Below are positions 30,272-40,360 of a stretch of 64,000 bases of DNA, piece by piece. The notes beneath the pieces were generated by a model. That model made no database searches. It was not told where the DNA came from and saw nothing but the letters and a program-made list of their open reading frames with translations. Every line of letters starts with the position of its first letter. Position 1 is the stretch's first letter. The DNA is from Actinomycetota bacterium (GTDB lineage: Bacteria > Actinomycetota > Actinomycetes > S36-B12 > UBA5976). The stretch lies in the NCBI GenBank assembly GCA_046048135.1, contig JBJOGR010000044.1:3300-67299 (forward strand), given 5' to 3'. A program made the translations under genes and the position numbers.

Positions 30272-32343
30272 TTCAAATATTTATTAAAGAAATCTAATTG
30301 AATTTTAAGTAAGTTCTCTGTAATTACTTCTTGAGGAGTCATATGACTTACTCCAGAAAGTGGCATAAATTCATGAAGTTTTGCATGAGTTAAAAGTTCT
30401 TGCGAAAACTTCAGGGAATGGGTAGCTAAAACATTGTCATCAGCTAAGCCATGAATTATTAAAAGTGGTCTACTTAATTTCTCTGCTTTATTAATTAATG
30501 AAAAATCATCATATTTTTTAGTATCTAGATTTGGATTTCCTAAATATCTTTCTGAATATGCAGTGTCATACCAACGCATATCTGTGACAGGTGCACCAGC
30601 AATTGCTGCATGAAATCTTTCTGGAGCATCAAGTACAGCAAGGGCTGCAAAATAACCACCAAATGACCAGCCAGTGATTCCAACTTTTCCTAAATCTAAA
30701 ACATTAGGAAACTTTTTATTTAGTTCATCCATAACGGTAATTTGATCTTGAAGAATTTTTTCACTCCAATTTTCAAAGATTTCAAACTCCCAGTTTTTTC
30801 CTCTTCCAGGAGTACCACGATTATCAGCTACAACAACTGCATAGCCTTGGTCTGCTAACCATTGATCAGTTAGAAATAAAGAAGCGTTTTTTAAACAATT
30901 TGCAAAATGCGGACCGCCATAAGGAGCAAAAATTACTGGTAGCTTTTTATCATGTTTATACCAAGTGGGAAGTATTAAAGCTGCTGAAATATTGGCTTTA
31001 CCTAAATCAAAAAATTCAATTCGTGGATTAAATTCAATTATTTCCTGCTCTTCCTTAATTTCTATATCTTTTTTGCCATCAGAGATTATGATTTTTCGAT
31101 ACCAGCTTTTTTCATTTTGTTCAATTAGTAGTGTCAAATGACCTTTTCTAGATCCTGTTACAAACCCGTCTGAATTTCCTACATGTGAAACTTGGCCTTT
31201 CCAATCAACATGAAGTAAAGAGGAACTATTTTGATGCTTACTAAATTGCAGAAAAATTCCTGAATCATCGATATTTAAAATACTTCTAACTTCAATTTCC
31301 TTGCTAGTTACTGCTAATCCATCAATAAATAACTGTCTTTTATCTTCACCATCAATAACTACTAAATGATCTTTGAACACTCTTGGTGAACCATGCTCAA
31401 CCTCTATCCAAAAAGGATGAGTTTTTGACCATAAATCAGTTATTTTATTACTAGTTAAATCAAATTCTCTTAAAACCATATTTTTTTGGTCTCTGGAAAG
31501 AAGAGTTAAATTTACTTTATTTTCGAAACTAAAATCGACATCTGTAACGTATTCAAATTCGTTTTTATTAAACTCCAATTTGGATAAATTACCCTTCAAA
31601 TCAACCACAAAAAAGTCACAATTTGGATTATTTGTTCCAGCAAATGGATATCTATGTGTTCTTACTGGATCTTTAGGATTTGTTGGATCAGCCAAATTAA
31701 CTAGTTCTACATCATTTTCATCTACTTTTTCAACAACAAGTTTTGACGAGTCTTTGCTCCACCAAAAACCTCGGTAACGATTTAACTCTTCAGCACTTAT
31801 AAAATCAACAAGTCCAAAGGTTATATTTTCTTCTTTGTTTTCAATTAAATATCTACCTTCTTTTTCCTCTATTGAGTAAATATATAAACCTGTATTAATA
31901 ACTCCTGCGATAAATTTTCCATCTGGTGATATTCGTGGATCAATGATTGGTCCTGGAATATCTAGTTGCGTAATTTTTAGATCAATTAGATTCAAGAACC
32001 AAAGTTCACCATTTAAGGGAAAGCATAGAGATTGACCAAGATCATCTAGTGAAAAATTTGTAATACCAGAACCAGATTCTCTTAATCTTTCTCTTCTGGC
32101 TTTTTCTTCTTGCGGTAAAAAATCCTCATTCTTAATTTTCAATTTACTTGGATCAACAAGGCAAGTTATTTCTTCAGTATCAATTGAAAGTGAAAATATA
32201 GCTAGTCGGGCATCATTTTTTGAAATATTTTTTAAGAAATATACCTTGTTTGTTTCTGGGGAAAGAGAGAAATTCCTGATGCGACCTAAAGTGAAACGTT
32301 TAGTTTCTGCAAATTGTTTAGGAAAATTTGGCCACCTCATCAC
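30268..32343 (-). CDS. S9-family serine peptidase (dipeptidyl-peptidase IV / prolyl oligopeptidase-like)
   Basis: C-terminal alpha/beta hydrolase domain with GWSFGGY (Ser), GLADDNV (Asp) and GVSHM (His). N-terminal propeller-like region of about 450 aa. Confidence 0.8.
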   Translation of the reverse strand: MMRWPNFPKQFAETKRFTLGRIRNFSLSPETNKVYFLKNISKNDARLAIFSLSIDTEEITCLVDPSKLKIKNEDFLPQEEKARRERLRESGSGITNFSLDDLGQSLCFPLNGELWFLNLIDLKITQLDIPGPIIDPRISPDGKFIAGVINTGLYIYSIEEKEGRYLIENKEENITFGLVDFISAEELNRYRGFWWSKDSSKLVVEKVDENDVELVNLADPTNPKDPVRTHRYPFAGTNNPNCDFFVVDLKGNLSKLEFNKNEFEYVTDVDFSFENKVNLTLLSRDQKNMVLREFDLTSNKITDLWSKTHPFWIEVEHGSPRVFKDHLVVIDGEDKRQLFIDGLAVTSKEIEVRSILNIDDSGIFLQFSKHQNSSSLLHVDWKGQVSHVGNSDGFVTGSRKGHLTLLIEQNEKSWYRKIIISDGKKDIEIKEEQEIIEFNPRIEFFDLGKANISAALILPTWYKHDKKLPVIFAPYGGPHFANCLKNASLFLTDQWLADQGYAVVVADNRGTPGRGKNWEFEIFENWSEKILQDQITVMDELNKKFPNVLDLGKVGITGWSFGGYFAALAVLDAPERFHAAIAGAPVTDMRWYDTAYSERYLGNPNLDTKKYDDFSLINKAEKLSRPLLIIHGLADDNVLATHSLKFSQELLTHAKLHEFMPLSGVSHMTPQEVITENLLKIQLDFFNKYLN

Positions 32344-32377
32344 ATATATATTCTGCTCGTTGCGTAATCTGTTACTT

Positions 32378-33256
32378 ATGTCGAGTCACCGCTTATTACT
32401 AGTGCACGCTCATCCTGATGATGAAACTATCGGTACCGGAATAACAATGGCAAAGTATGCACAAATGGGTGCTCAAGTAACTCTTGTGACTTGTACAAGT
32501 GGAGAAGAAGGCGAAGTTTTAGTAAAAGAATTAGAGCATCTAGCTTCTAATAAAGAAGATAAATTAGGGAAACATAGACAAACTGAATTGAAGAATGCCA
32601 TGAAGGCATTAGGAATTTCAGATCATCGATTTTTAGGAACTGCAGGTAAATATAGAGATTCAGGAATGATTGGAACAGAGCCAAACAATAGAAAAGATTG
32701 TTTTTGGCAAGCAGATTTACAAACTGCAAGCGATGATTTAGTGAAAGTTATTAGAGAGGTAAAGCCACAAGTTGCAATAACTTACGATGATTTTGGCGGA
32801 TATGGACATCCAGATCATATAAAAGCTCATCGCATAACTCACTACGCAATTGAATTAGCAAGTATTGAAAGTTATAAACCCGAACTTGGAAGCCCTTGGG
32901 AAGTTGCAAAAATATATTGGACAGCCATTCCAAAATCTCAAATGCAAAAAGGTATTGAAGCTTTAGCAAGTTCAGGAGGATCAAAGTTTTTTGGAGTTGA
33001 CTCTGCAGATGAATTACCTTTTGTTTTGGAAGATAAATACGTAACAACAAGAATTGATGGTCAAGATTTAGTTAATAAAAAACTAGAAGCACTCAAAGCT
33101 CATGCAACTCAAGTTCAAGACACTGGACCTTTTTTTCAAATGGCAGAAATTATAGGACCAGAAGCATTAGGTGTGGAATTCTTTAGATTGGTTAAAGGAA
33201 AAAGAACTTCAAGAGAGCTTGAAACTGATTTGTTTAGTGGACTAGATGCAAAATAA
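32378..33256 (+). CDS. mshB: GlcNAc-Ins deacetylase of mycothiol biosynthesis (LmbE family)
   Basis: VHAHPDDE and HPDH motifs. Start set at ATG 32378 (MSSHRLLLVHAHPDDE), because the ORF-track extension overlaps the divergent peptidase gene. Distinguished from Mca only by context, so the two assignments could be swapped. Confidence 0.7.
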   Translation: MSSHRLLLVHAHPDDETIGTGITMAKYAQMGAQVTLVTCTSGEEGEVLVKELEHLASNKEDKLGKHRQTELKNAMKALGISDHRFLGTAGKYRDSGMIGTEPNNRKDCFWQADLQTASDDLVKVIREVKPQVAITYDDFGGYGHPDHIKAHRITHYAIELASIESYKPELGSPWEVAKIYWTAIPKSQMQKGIEALASSGGSKFFGVDSADELPFVLEDKYVTTRIDGQDLVNKKLEALKAHATQVQDTGPFFQMAEIIGPEALGVEFFRLVKGKRTSRELETDLFSGLDAK

Positions 33257-33596
33257 AGTAATTAATCTATTTACTTCAATTTTTCTTGGAGTATTAGTAT
33301 CCTTGTTCGGTGGTTTTTTACAAGCTGCAAAATATAAATTTTTCATAAATATTCCTTGGGGATTTGCACTTTACCTATTGATTTTTATTTTTGCTATTAG
33401 ATATATAAGGCAAAATTTCCAATCAAGATTTAATGTGATTGCATTTTCTCTTGGTTGGCTCTTTATTGCACTTTTAATGAGTGTTCGTTTAACAGCAGGA
33501 GATTTAGTTTTAACTAATAATCTAACGGCAATTATTTATTTGATTGGATCGGTAATAATTTTGGCGGCAATGTCAACATTACCTATTAAGAAATAA
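33246..33596 (+). CDS. small 3-4 TM membrane protein
   Basis: 116 aa. Its start overlaps the end of mshB, and its position corresponds to the small membrane gene I recall next to mshB in mycobacteria. Confidence 0.45.
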   Translation: MQNKVINLFTSIFLGVLVSLFGGFLQAAKYKFFINIPWGFALYLLIFIFAIRYIRQNFQSRFNVIAFSLGWLFIALLMSVRLTAGDLVLTNNLTAIIYLIGSVIILAAMSTLPIKK

Positions 33597-33597
33597 T

Positions 33598-34470
33598 TTA
33601 GATTGAATCTTTAACAGATTGTGTTTTGTCAGCCACTGCTTGTGTTTTTTGCTCAAGTTCAGTTGCTACTGCTAAGGCGTCATCTAGTGCTTGGCGAAGA
33701 AGTGTTGAGGAAGAAGCAAGAGATCTTCTGACTTTGGCAGCTTCTGAAGCAACTTTGGCAGCAGCATCTCTTTGAGTTTCTACGTTTTCAATAACACGTT
33801 TTCTTTCAGCTTGAGCTTCATCAATTAAACGCTTTGCTTCAGCTTGAGCCTCAGAACGAGTTCTGGATAGTAATTCTTCTGCTCTTTTAGAAGCATCACT
33901 TGTAATTCTTAATTCTTCTGCTTTTGCATTTTCAAGAATTGTGTTTGCTTCACTTGTTGCAGTTGAAACAATTCTTTTTGCTTCTCTATCTGAAGCATCA
34001 TATTCATTTTCAGCACGGCTTCTTAAATCTTTAACATATTTTTCAGTTTCAGCTCTTAGATTGTTAACTTCTCTATTTGCTTCATCAATTAATTTTACAT
34101 TTTCTTCTTTAGTTGCAGCCAATTGTGCAGCAGAAGTTTCTCTAATACCTTGAGCAAGTTTTTCAGCTTCAACCAAAACTGATTGCGCTTTAGATTTTGC
34201 AGCTCTAATTAGTGTTGCTGCATCTTCACCAGCAAGTGCTGTGATTTCAGCATCATCTAGTTCAAAAACATTTGGTCTTTTAGCTAATTGTTTAACTTGT
34301 TGTTCTAATTCATTAATTCGTCTGGAGGCACTTGAACTTGAGACAACGATGGAACGAGAAAGCCAACTACGATTGTTACTTTTCTTTGAAGGTTGTTCAT
34401 CTGACCATTCGGATGCAGCTTTGATTACATCGTTTTCCACTGCTACATCTTCGTTTTCAGTATTTGCCAT
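33598..34470 (-). CDS. Ala/Glu/Arg-rich coiled-coil protein
   Basis: 290 aa. A Ser-rich acidic N-terminus is followed by about 200 aa of heptad-like AE..A.R repeats. No enzymatic motif found. Confidence 0.45.
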   Translation of the reverse strand: MANTENEDVAVENDVIKAASEWSDEQPSKKSNNRSWLSRSIVVSSSSASRRINELEQQVKQLAKRPNVFELDDAEITALAGEDAATLIRAAKSKAQSVLVEAEKLAQGIRETSAAQLAATKEENVKLIDEANREVNNLRAETEKYVKDLRSRAENEYDASDREAKRIVSTATSEANTILENAKAEELRITSDASKRAEELLSRTRSEAQAEAKRLIDEAQAERKRVIENVETQRDAAAKVASEAAKVRRSLASSSTLLRQALDDALAVATELEQKTQAVADKTQSVKDSI

Positions 34471-34616
34471 GTCCCAATTGCTTTCTTTTTAAGTGCTTTG
34501 AATTAATAGATTATCGACTTGGCTAAAAATGTGCTAGTGCTCCCATGCTTTTCACGCTCAAAATGACTCATCTCTAATATTGGAGTTATAGATTTTTAAT
34601 CAATTTTTTAATTGGG

Positions 34617-36602
34617 GTGGGTTTTAGCTTGGTTGAGCGCAAGAAAAATCCACCTGAAAAAAAGGCAAAAACTGCAGCACCTAAACACAAAGCCCCAACT
34701 AAATCAACAAGTAGTAGTGCAAAAAAAACTTCAACAACTAAACAAACTTCGGCGACAAATTCTGTAGCTCAAACAATAAATCCTGTTGTTGAACAAGAGT
34801 TAAATGAATTAATTTCAAATCTTGAATTACTAAAACCAATCAAAAAAGACTGGAAATACAGAATTGGTGAATTTCTTGGTCAGTTGATTTTAACTTTTAT
34901 CTTTGTTGTTTTTTTGAGTTTGTTTATATGGTCTATATCTGTGGTTCCTCCAAAATCAACATTGCTTGGTTATCCTGTGGGTGGAAAACTTCCCCCAACA
35001 GTTTTTGAACAAATTAACCTTGCAATAAAAGATAAACTAAATGATCCGATTGAAGTTCAAACTCCACAAGGTATTTACACAATTACGCCAAATCAAGTTG
35101 GTCTAGAAATTGATTTACCAGAAACAATTAATTCAATAAATAAAAACCCTTTTACATTTTTAAAATCAAGTCTTTTCCCGCAAGAAATAATGCCGAAAAT
35201 AACAGTTGATGAATTCTTACTAAGAAATACTTTGAATTCAGTTGCATTAAAAAATACTTTTGCACCGGTCAATGCCACTCTTACCACTAAAGAGGGTCAA
35301 ATAATTACAACTCAAGCCAAAAGTGGTCAACAAGTTGATTGGGAAAAGACAGTAAAAAGTATTAGGGAATCATGGTTACATGAAATCAGAAAACCAGAGG
35401 TGGCGATTGCTTATGTTTTGCCAAAAGTAAATGATGAAGATGTTTTAACTGCCATAGAAAATTTGGCAGAATTAGCAGTCTCTGCCACAATTAGTTTGAA
35501 ATTTGGTAAAAGAGTAGTGGAAATTACTCCTCAAGTTATCGGTTCAGCTCTAAATTTTGTTGAGGAAAATAATAAATTAGTTTCTAAATTCGATGAAAAA
35601 GTAATAATTAATGAAATAACTCGTCAAATTCCGAATATGCAAGCTCAAGCAACAGATGCAAGATTTGATTTTGTTGGTAACAAAGTTGTTTTAATTCCTG
35701 CTCAAGAAGGAATCAAATTTACTCCTGGTCAGCTGGATGCAGCTATGTCTTCTGTTTTTAGGCAAAAAAATAATAGACAAGTCAATCTGGATAGCGCTGT
35801 AATAAAACCTGCTGTTTCAACAGAAAGCCTTGAGGCATTAGGGATTAAAGAGCAATTAAGTACATATAGACAAGCTTTTGACTACATGCCTTATCGAGAA
35901 ATTAATGTCGGACAAGCTGCTCGCTATATGGACGGAAAAATTTTAAAACCTGGAGAGATTTATTCCATGAACGAAACCATTAAAGAAAGAACTTCTGCAA
36001 ATGGATACGTTAAAGGAATTTATATAGCTGAAGGTGGAAGATTTGATTACGGTTTAGGTGGTGGTGTTTCAATTATTACTGCTGCAACTTGGTCAGCTGC
36101 TTTTTATGCAGGATTAGAAAGAATAGAACAAAGGGCTCACTCAGTATTAATTTCTAGATACACACCTGGTTTAGAAGCAACTGTAAGTTGGCCAAGATTA
36201 GATTTGAAATTTAAAAACAATACAAAAAATCATGTTTTAATTAAAGCAATTCCAGAAAGAGACGGAATTACTATATCAATGTATGGCACAAAAGAGTTTG
36301 ACAAAGTTACCGCCAAATTTGGAAAACCATATAACTTAAATAACAATATAGATACGGTTACTTCATATGATCCAAATTGTTTAGCTCAAGATCCAGCACC
36401 AGGTTTTAAAATAAATGTCACAAGACAATTTTGGAAAAATAATACAATTGTTAAAGAAGAAGATTTCTTAACAAGTTATCGACCAAGTGATCACATAATC
36501 TGCTTACAAGAAGGTCAAGTTGCACCTATTGCAACTCCTACGCCAACAATTGGGGGAGTAGAACAACCTGCACCTCAATCAGAAATAACCGCTAATTCCT
36601 GA
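34617..36602 (+). CDS. VanW/YoaR-like cell-envelope protein
   Basis: Lys/Ser/Thr-rich cytoplasmic tail, one TM helix, and a C-terminal VanW-like core (GGGVSIITAATWSAAFYAGL). The start codon is uncertain (GTG 34617). Confidence 0.6.
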   Translation: MGFSLVERKKNPPEKKAKTAAPKHKAPTKSTSSSAKKTSTTKQTSATNSVAQTINPVVEQELNELISNLELLKPIKKDWKYRIGEFLGQLILTFIFVVFLSLFIWSISVVPPKSTLLGYPVGGKLPPTVFEQINLAIKDKLNDPIEVQTPQGIYTITPNQVGLEIDLPETINSINKNPFTFLKSSLFPQEIMPKITVDEFLLRNTLNSVALKNTFAPVNATLTTKEGQIITTQAKSGQQVDWEKTVKSIRESWLHEIRKPEVAIAYVLPKVNDEDVLTAIENLAELAVSATISLKFGKRVVEITPQVIGSALNFVEENNKLVSKFDEKVIINEITRQIPNMQAQATDARFDFVGNKVVLIPAQEGIKFTPGQLDAAMSSVFRQKNNRQVNLDSAVIKPAVSTESLEALGIKEQLSTYRQAFDYMPYREINVGQAARYMDGKILKPGEIYSMNETIKERTSANGYVKGIYIAEGGRFDYGLGGGVSIITAATWSAAFYAGLERIEQRAHSVLISRYTPGLEATVSWPRLDLKFKNNTKNHVLIKAIPERDGITISMYGTKEFDKVTAKFGKPYNLNNNIDTVTSYDPNCLAQDPAPGFKINVTRQFWKNNTIVKEEDFLTSYRPSDHIICLQEGQVAPIATPTPTIGGVEQPAPQSEITANS

Positions 36603-37993
36603 CCTTTTTCTGTATCTTTAACTTCAAATCCTAATTTATTTAATTCATTTCTTAATTCATCACTTAATTTCCAATTTTTTTCTATACGTGCTTTAGCTCT
36701 TTTGTCTAACAAATCTTGAATTTCTTTAGTAATTTCTAAAGTAATTTTTTGAGGTTCTTTATTTAAATCTAAGCCTAGGATTTCATCCATTTTTAGGATG
36801 GTTTTATATTTTGAACCACCTGTTATGGAATCATCTTTTTCTAAATTTTTTAGCACTAGAAGTGCTTTATTGGTATCTAAATCTTCATTGAGATAATCTT
36901 CAAATTCCTTTAAATAAGTATTATTGATTTCCCCAGGTTCCTTTGCCCATTGTTGCATTTTTTCTCGTAATTTATTTAACGCTTTAGCACTTGCTTTTAA
37001 ACTATTCCAAGTTAAATCCATTTGAGATCTATATCTGTGTTCCAAAAAAGATAACCTAATTGAAAGAGGATCTAACCCTTTCTCAATTACGTCTTTAACC
37101 AGTAGCACGTTTCCAGAAGATTTACTCATTTTTCTACCTTCAAAAAGTAGATGTTCACCGTGCACCCAATGATTAACAACATCTTTATTAGTTGCAGCAT
37201 TGCTTTGTGCTCTTTCATCTTCATGATGAGGAAAACGTAAATCAATTCCACCTGTATGAATATCTATTTTTTCCCCTAAAAATTTCAAACTCATGGCAGA
37301 ACATTCAATGTGCCAACCAGGAAAACCTCTACCCCAAGGAGTTTGCCAAGTAAGTTGAGTTCGTGAATCTTTAGCCATTTTCCATAAAGCCCAATCTGCA
37401 TGAAAATTTTTATTAGGATCTTCTTTACCTTCGAATCGATGTCCTGGTTTTAAATCTTCTAATTTATTTCCACTTATTTCTCCATAACTTGGAAAAGATC
37501 GAGCATCAAAAAATACGCTTCCATCTTTACCAACGTAAGCATGTTTTTTCTCAATCAATACTTTTATTAAATCAATCATTAAATCAATCGATTCACTAGC
37601 TTTTGGATATTTTGTGGCAGGTAATATATTCAAACTTTTTAAATCATCGTGAAAAGTTTTTTCATATTTTTGTGCAATTGAAAGGGCATCACTTGATTCC
37701 TTACTTGCTTGAGTAATTAAGCGATCTTCAGTATCAAGTTGTCCTTCATCAACTCCACCTAATCCTTGATCATCTGCCATGTGACCGACATCAGTAATAT
37801 TTTGAATAAGTTCAACATTTAGACCTTGGTATTGAGCAAGTCTTTTAATTAAATCTGTTAGTAAAAAAGTCCTCATATTTCCAACATGAGCATCTCGATA
37901 AACAGTGGGCCCACAAGCATATATTTTTAAAACACCTTTAGTTAAAGGTGTAATTTCCACAACTTGCCTTAATCGAGTGTCATAGAGTTTCAT
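36575..37993 (-). CDS. cysS: cysteine--tRNA ligase
   Basis: CGPTVYRDAHVGNMRTF (HIGH region), WHIECSAM, and a literal KMSKS, plus a CysS-type C-terminal tail. Start set at ATG 37993 (MKLYDTRLRQ). The 3' end overlaps the convergent vanW-like gene by 28 nt. Confidence 0.85.
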   Translation of the reverse strand: MKLYDTRLRQVVEITPLTKGVLKIYACGPTVYRDAHVGNMRTFLLTDLIKRLAQYQGLNVELIQNITDVGHMADDQGLGGVDEGQLDTEDRLITQASKESSDALSIAQKYEKTFHDDLKSLNILPATKYPKASESIDLMIDLIKVLIEKKHAYVGKDGSVFFDARSFPSYGEISGNKLEDLKPGHRFEGKEDPNKNFHADWALWKMAKDSRTQLTWQTPWGRGFPGWHIECSAMSLKFLGEKIDIHTGGIDLRFPHHEDERAQSNAATNKDVVNHWVHGEHLLFEGRKMSKSSGNVLLVKDVIEKGLDPLSIRLSFLEHRYRSQMDLTWNSLKASAKALNKLREKMQQWAKEPGEINNTYLKEFEDYLNEDLDTNKALLVLKNLEKDDSITGGSKYKTILKMDEILGLDLNKEPQKITLEITKEIQDLLDKRAKARIEKNWKLSDELRNELNKLGFEVKDTEKGQELAVISD

Positions 37994-38048
37994 GAGTTTA
38001 AGCGTAGTTGAAATTCTGCATTTAGCATGCGCATTGCGAAGTATTCTC

Positions 38049-38987
38049 TTAGTTCTTAAAGTATCGGTAATAGGCGTATTCGTGGTGGATTTTGTAACCA
38101 AGGGATTCATACATTTTTACTGCTATCAAATTAGATTTAAGTACTTGCAGAACTATTTGGTCATGACCAATTTCTGCTACTGAATTAGAAAGTGCTTTCA
38201 TTATTTTTTTAGCAAACCCTTGATTTCTATATTTTTCATCTACCCACAATGTGGTAACCATTGCTTGTTTATCAGACGCAGAAATTCTTCCTGTGGCAAT
38301 TATTTTTTTGTCTTCATTTTCAATTGATGCAAATCTTACAAATGAACCACTTGTCAGTAACTCTTTGCTGATTCGAGAACTTACTTCTTCATCTCTTGCG
38401 ATAATTGCATGAAACCATTTATCACTTAAATCTGATTCTAAAATAACGTCTGTAACATTATTTTTTTCAGCAGGTCCAATCATGTAATAAGCTACATCTA
38501 TTTCGTTGAAATTATTTCTCAATAAACTTTGATCAAATGCTCCAGGTTTTGGACTTTGAATAATTGCAACAGCATTTCTTTTTTTGTACCACTCAATTAT
38601 TTTTTTGAAAGTTTCATCAATATTTTCTTCAGGCCTACCATCAAGAAGACAAGAATTTGCTCTAGCCGATTTATTTCCAGAAAATCTTAATGCCCAGTCA
38701 TTAAGAAATTCTTTTTCATTTGCAACCCAAGTAGTTTCTGAATCCCTTTCAAGATCCAAGGCTCCAATTTCTGGTTCTATCACTTTGGCAGCAAAAATAT
38801 TTCCCGAAATTATTTCTTGGATGCTCTTATCTTTTTTCTCAACTTTGATTAATCCTTCAGGCCAGTCATTGGTCCAGGAAATAAGAATTCCTAAGGTGTC
38901 AGTTAAATTCGATCCATCAAAATGGCGCACACTTACCCTTCGCCCAAGATCGGAAGGCGAAATCCTTAACCTGCCGATTGCGGCCAT
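38049..38987 (-). CDS. GNAT family N-acetyltransferase with N-terminal accessory domain
   Basis: C-terminal acetyl-CoA motif (LWVDEKYRNQGFAKKIM) and an N-terminal GRRVSVR..G...D..G segment. Lies upstream of fdxA. Confidence 0.6.
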   Translation of the reverse strand: MAAIGRLRISPSDLGRRVSVRHFDGSNLTDTLGILISWTNDWPEGLIKVEKKDKSIQEIISGNIFAAKVIEPEIGALDLERDSETTWVANEKEFLNDWALRFSGNKSARANSCLLDGRPEENIDETFKKIIEWYKKRNAVAIIQSPKPGAFDQSLLRNNFNEIDVAYYMIGPAEKNNVTDVILESDLSDKWFHAIIARDEEVSSRISKELLTSGSFVRFASIENEDKKIIATGRISASDKQAMVTTLWVDEKYRNQGFAKKIMKALSNSVAEIGHDQIVLQVLKSNLIAVKMYESLGYKIHHEYAYYRYFKN

Positions 38988-39079
38988 AGTAGAAATTTTG
39001 TTCCTTTCGGATACTCTTTATATATAAATAGTAGAGATGAAGTAGTTTTGTCTTACATACTTAGTAGAGGAGTATTTGC

Positions 39080-39394
39080 GTGACCTACGTAATTGCCGAG
39101 CCATGCATTGACTTGAAAGATAAATCTTGTATTGAAGAGTGCCCAGTTGATTGCATTTATGAAGGCGAACGCATGCTCTACATCCACCCAGATGAATGCG
39201 TTGATTGCGGAGCCTGTGAGCCTGTGTGCCCAGTCGAAGCAATTTATTACGAAGATGATGTTCCAGAAAATTACAAAGATTATTCAGCTTCAAATGCTGC
39301 ATTCTTTACAGATTTAGGTTCTCCAGGTGGTGCTGCCAAACTTGGTATGACTCCAAATGATCCTGAAGTTATCAAAGCTAAACCTAAGAAATAA
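39080..39394 (+). CDS. fdxA: 7Fe ferredoxin (3Fe-4S + 4Fe-4S)
   Basis: The CxxxxxxC...CP and CVDCGACEPVCP cysteine patterns of actinobacterial FdxA. GTG start after GAGGAG. Confidence 0.9.
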   Translation: MTYVIAEPCIDLKDKSCIEECPVDCIYEGERMLYIHPDECVDCGACEPVCPVEAIYYEDDVPENYKDYSASNAAFFTDLGSPGGAAKLGMTPNDPEVIKAKPKK

Positions 39395-39403
39395 ATAATT
39401 CTT

Positions 39404-40348
39404 GTGAGTAATCAAAAACTGGTCTACTTAGGACCACCAGGAACTTTTACTCACGCAGCAATTGATTTGATGACTGTGCCATGGAATGGCGAAATAGTTG
39501 CAGAAAAAGAAGTTTCAGATGTTGTCTTTGCAGTTGAATCAGGAAGTGCTGATGCAGGATTAGTTCCATTAGAAAATTCTGTGGAAGGTGATGTTTTAAG
39601 CACTCTTGATGAATTAATTTTTAGATCTGCTCAATGTTTCATAAATGAAGAAATAGTTGTCCCAATTTCTTTTGTTTTAGCTGTACCTTCTACGACAAAA
39701 AATGCTGATGTAAAAAAAGTTTTAACTCATCCGCATGCTGCAGCGCAATGTAAAGAGTTTATTAAATTAAATAAATTAGAAGTTGAATTCACAGCATCAA
39801 CTGCGGATGCTTGTCGAATTGTGGCAGAAAGAAAAGAAGCAGGTCTTGGAGCAATAGCTGCAAGTAAAGGTGCTGACACTTTTGGTTTGTTTGTTAAACA
39901 AACAAGGTTAGAAGATTTTGCTGGTGGGAAAACCAGAATGGCTTTAATTTCTCGAAATTTATCTTCACCAACGGGACATGACAAAACCACTTTGGTAATT
40001 ACTCCGGTTGCAGATAGAAATGGTTTATTGTCCGATATTTTGAATTGCTTTGCAAAAAGAGATATTGGTTTAACGGCAATTAGTTCAAGGCCTTTGAAAA
40101 CCAGACTTGGCGAATACACATTTCTAGTTTCTGCTCGCGGACATATTGGAGAGCCAACATTGCAATCAGCAATCATGGATGTAAGTAGCATTGGTGCGGC
40201 TGTAAAAGTTTTAGGCTCTTATCCAATGAATCCTGAAATTAGTTCTGCGCGTGTAGGTGAATCTTTGCCACCAGGAAGTGTGACAGCAGATGTTTTGAAG
40301 GAATGGGTAGGACGTTTAGTTAAAGCTGCAACTGAAGTTCCCCGTTAA
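39404..40348 (+). CDS. pheA: prephenate dehydratase
   Basis: N-terminal YLGPPGTFTH, a PDT domain, and a C-terminal ACT domain (TTLVITP...GLLSDIL). Confidence 0.8.
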   Translation: MSNQKLVYLGPPGTFTHAAIDLMTVPWNGEIVAEKEVSDVVFAVESGSADAGLVPLENSVEGDVLSTLDELIFRSAQCFINEEIVVPISFVLAVPSTTKNADVKKVLTHPHAAAQCKEFIKLNKLEVEFTASTADACRIVAERKEAGLGAIAASKGADTFGLFVKQTRLEDFAGGKTRMALISRNLSSPTGHDKTTLVITPVADRNGLLSDILNCFAKRDIGLTAISSRPLKTRLGEYTFLVSARGHIGEPTLQSAIMDVSSIGAAVKVLGSYPMNPEISSARVGESLPPGSVTADVLKEWVGRLVKAATEVPR

Positions 40349-40360
40349 TACTTTTTACTT

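Noticed and set aside
32246-32377. N-terminal extension of the mshB ORF. Similar extensions occur at ispH 18545-18589, xseA 18532-18606, EamA 48837-48917, DUF3107-like 50870-50908 and msrA 5485-5502.
   Set aside because: The extensions overlap divergent neighbours or contain the gene's own RBS. Conserved family N-termini begin at the internal start codons.
36575-38110. 511-aa ORF considered as MshC (the mycothiol cysteine ligase), including its N-terminal extension.
   Set aside because: The GPTVY..H.GN, WHIECSAM and KMSKS motifs, plus a long CysS-type C-terminal tail, fit cysteinyl-tRNA synthetase. The first 39 codons overlap the upstream GNAT gene end and lack homology, so the start was moved to 37993.
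38049-38987. Two-domain GNAT considered as mycothiol synthase MshD.
   Set aside because: Only the C-terminal half shows a GNAT acetyl-CoA motif, and the N-terminal half does not resemble a second GNAT fold by eye. The fdxA-adjacent context fits a different conserved actinobacterial GNAT. Left generic.
39018-39317. ORFs 39018-39302 (-) and 39132-39317 (+) overlapping fdxA.
   Set aside because: The fdxA frame carries the complete 7Fe ferredoxin cysteine pattern. The alternative frames have no recognisable features.
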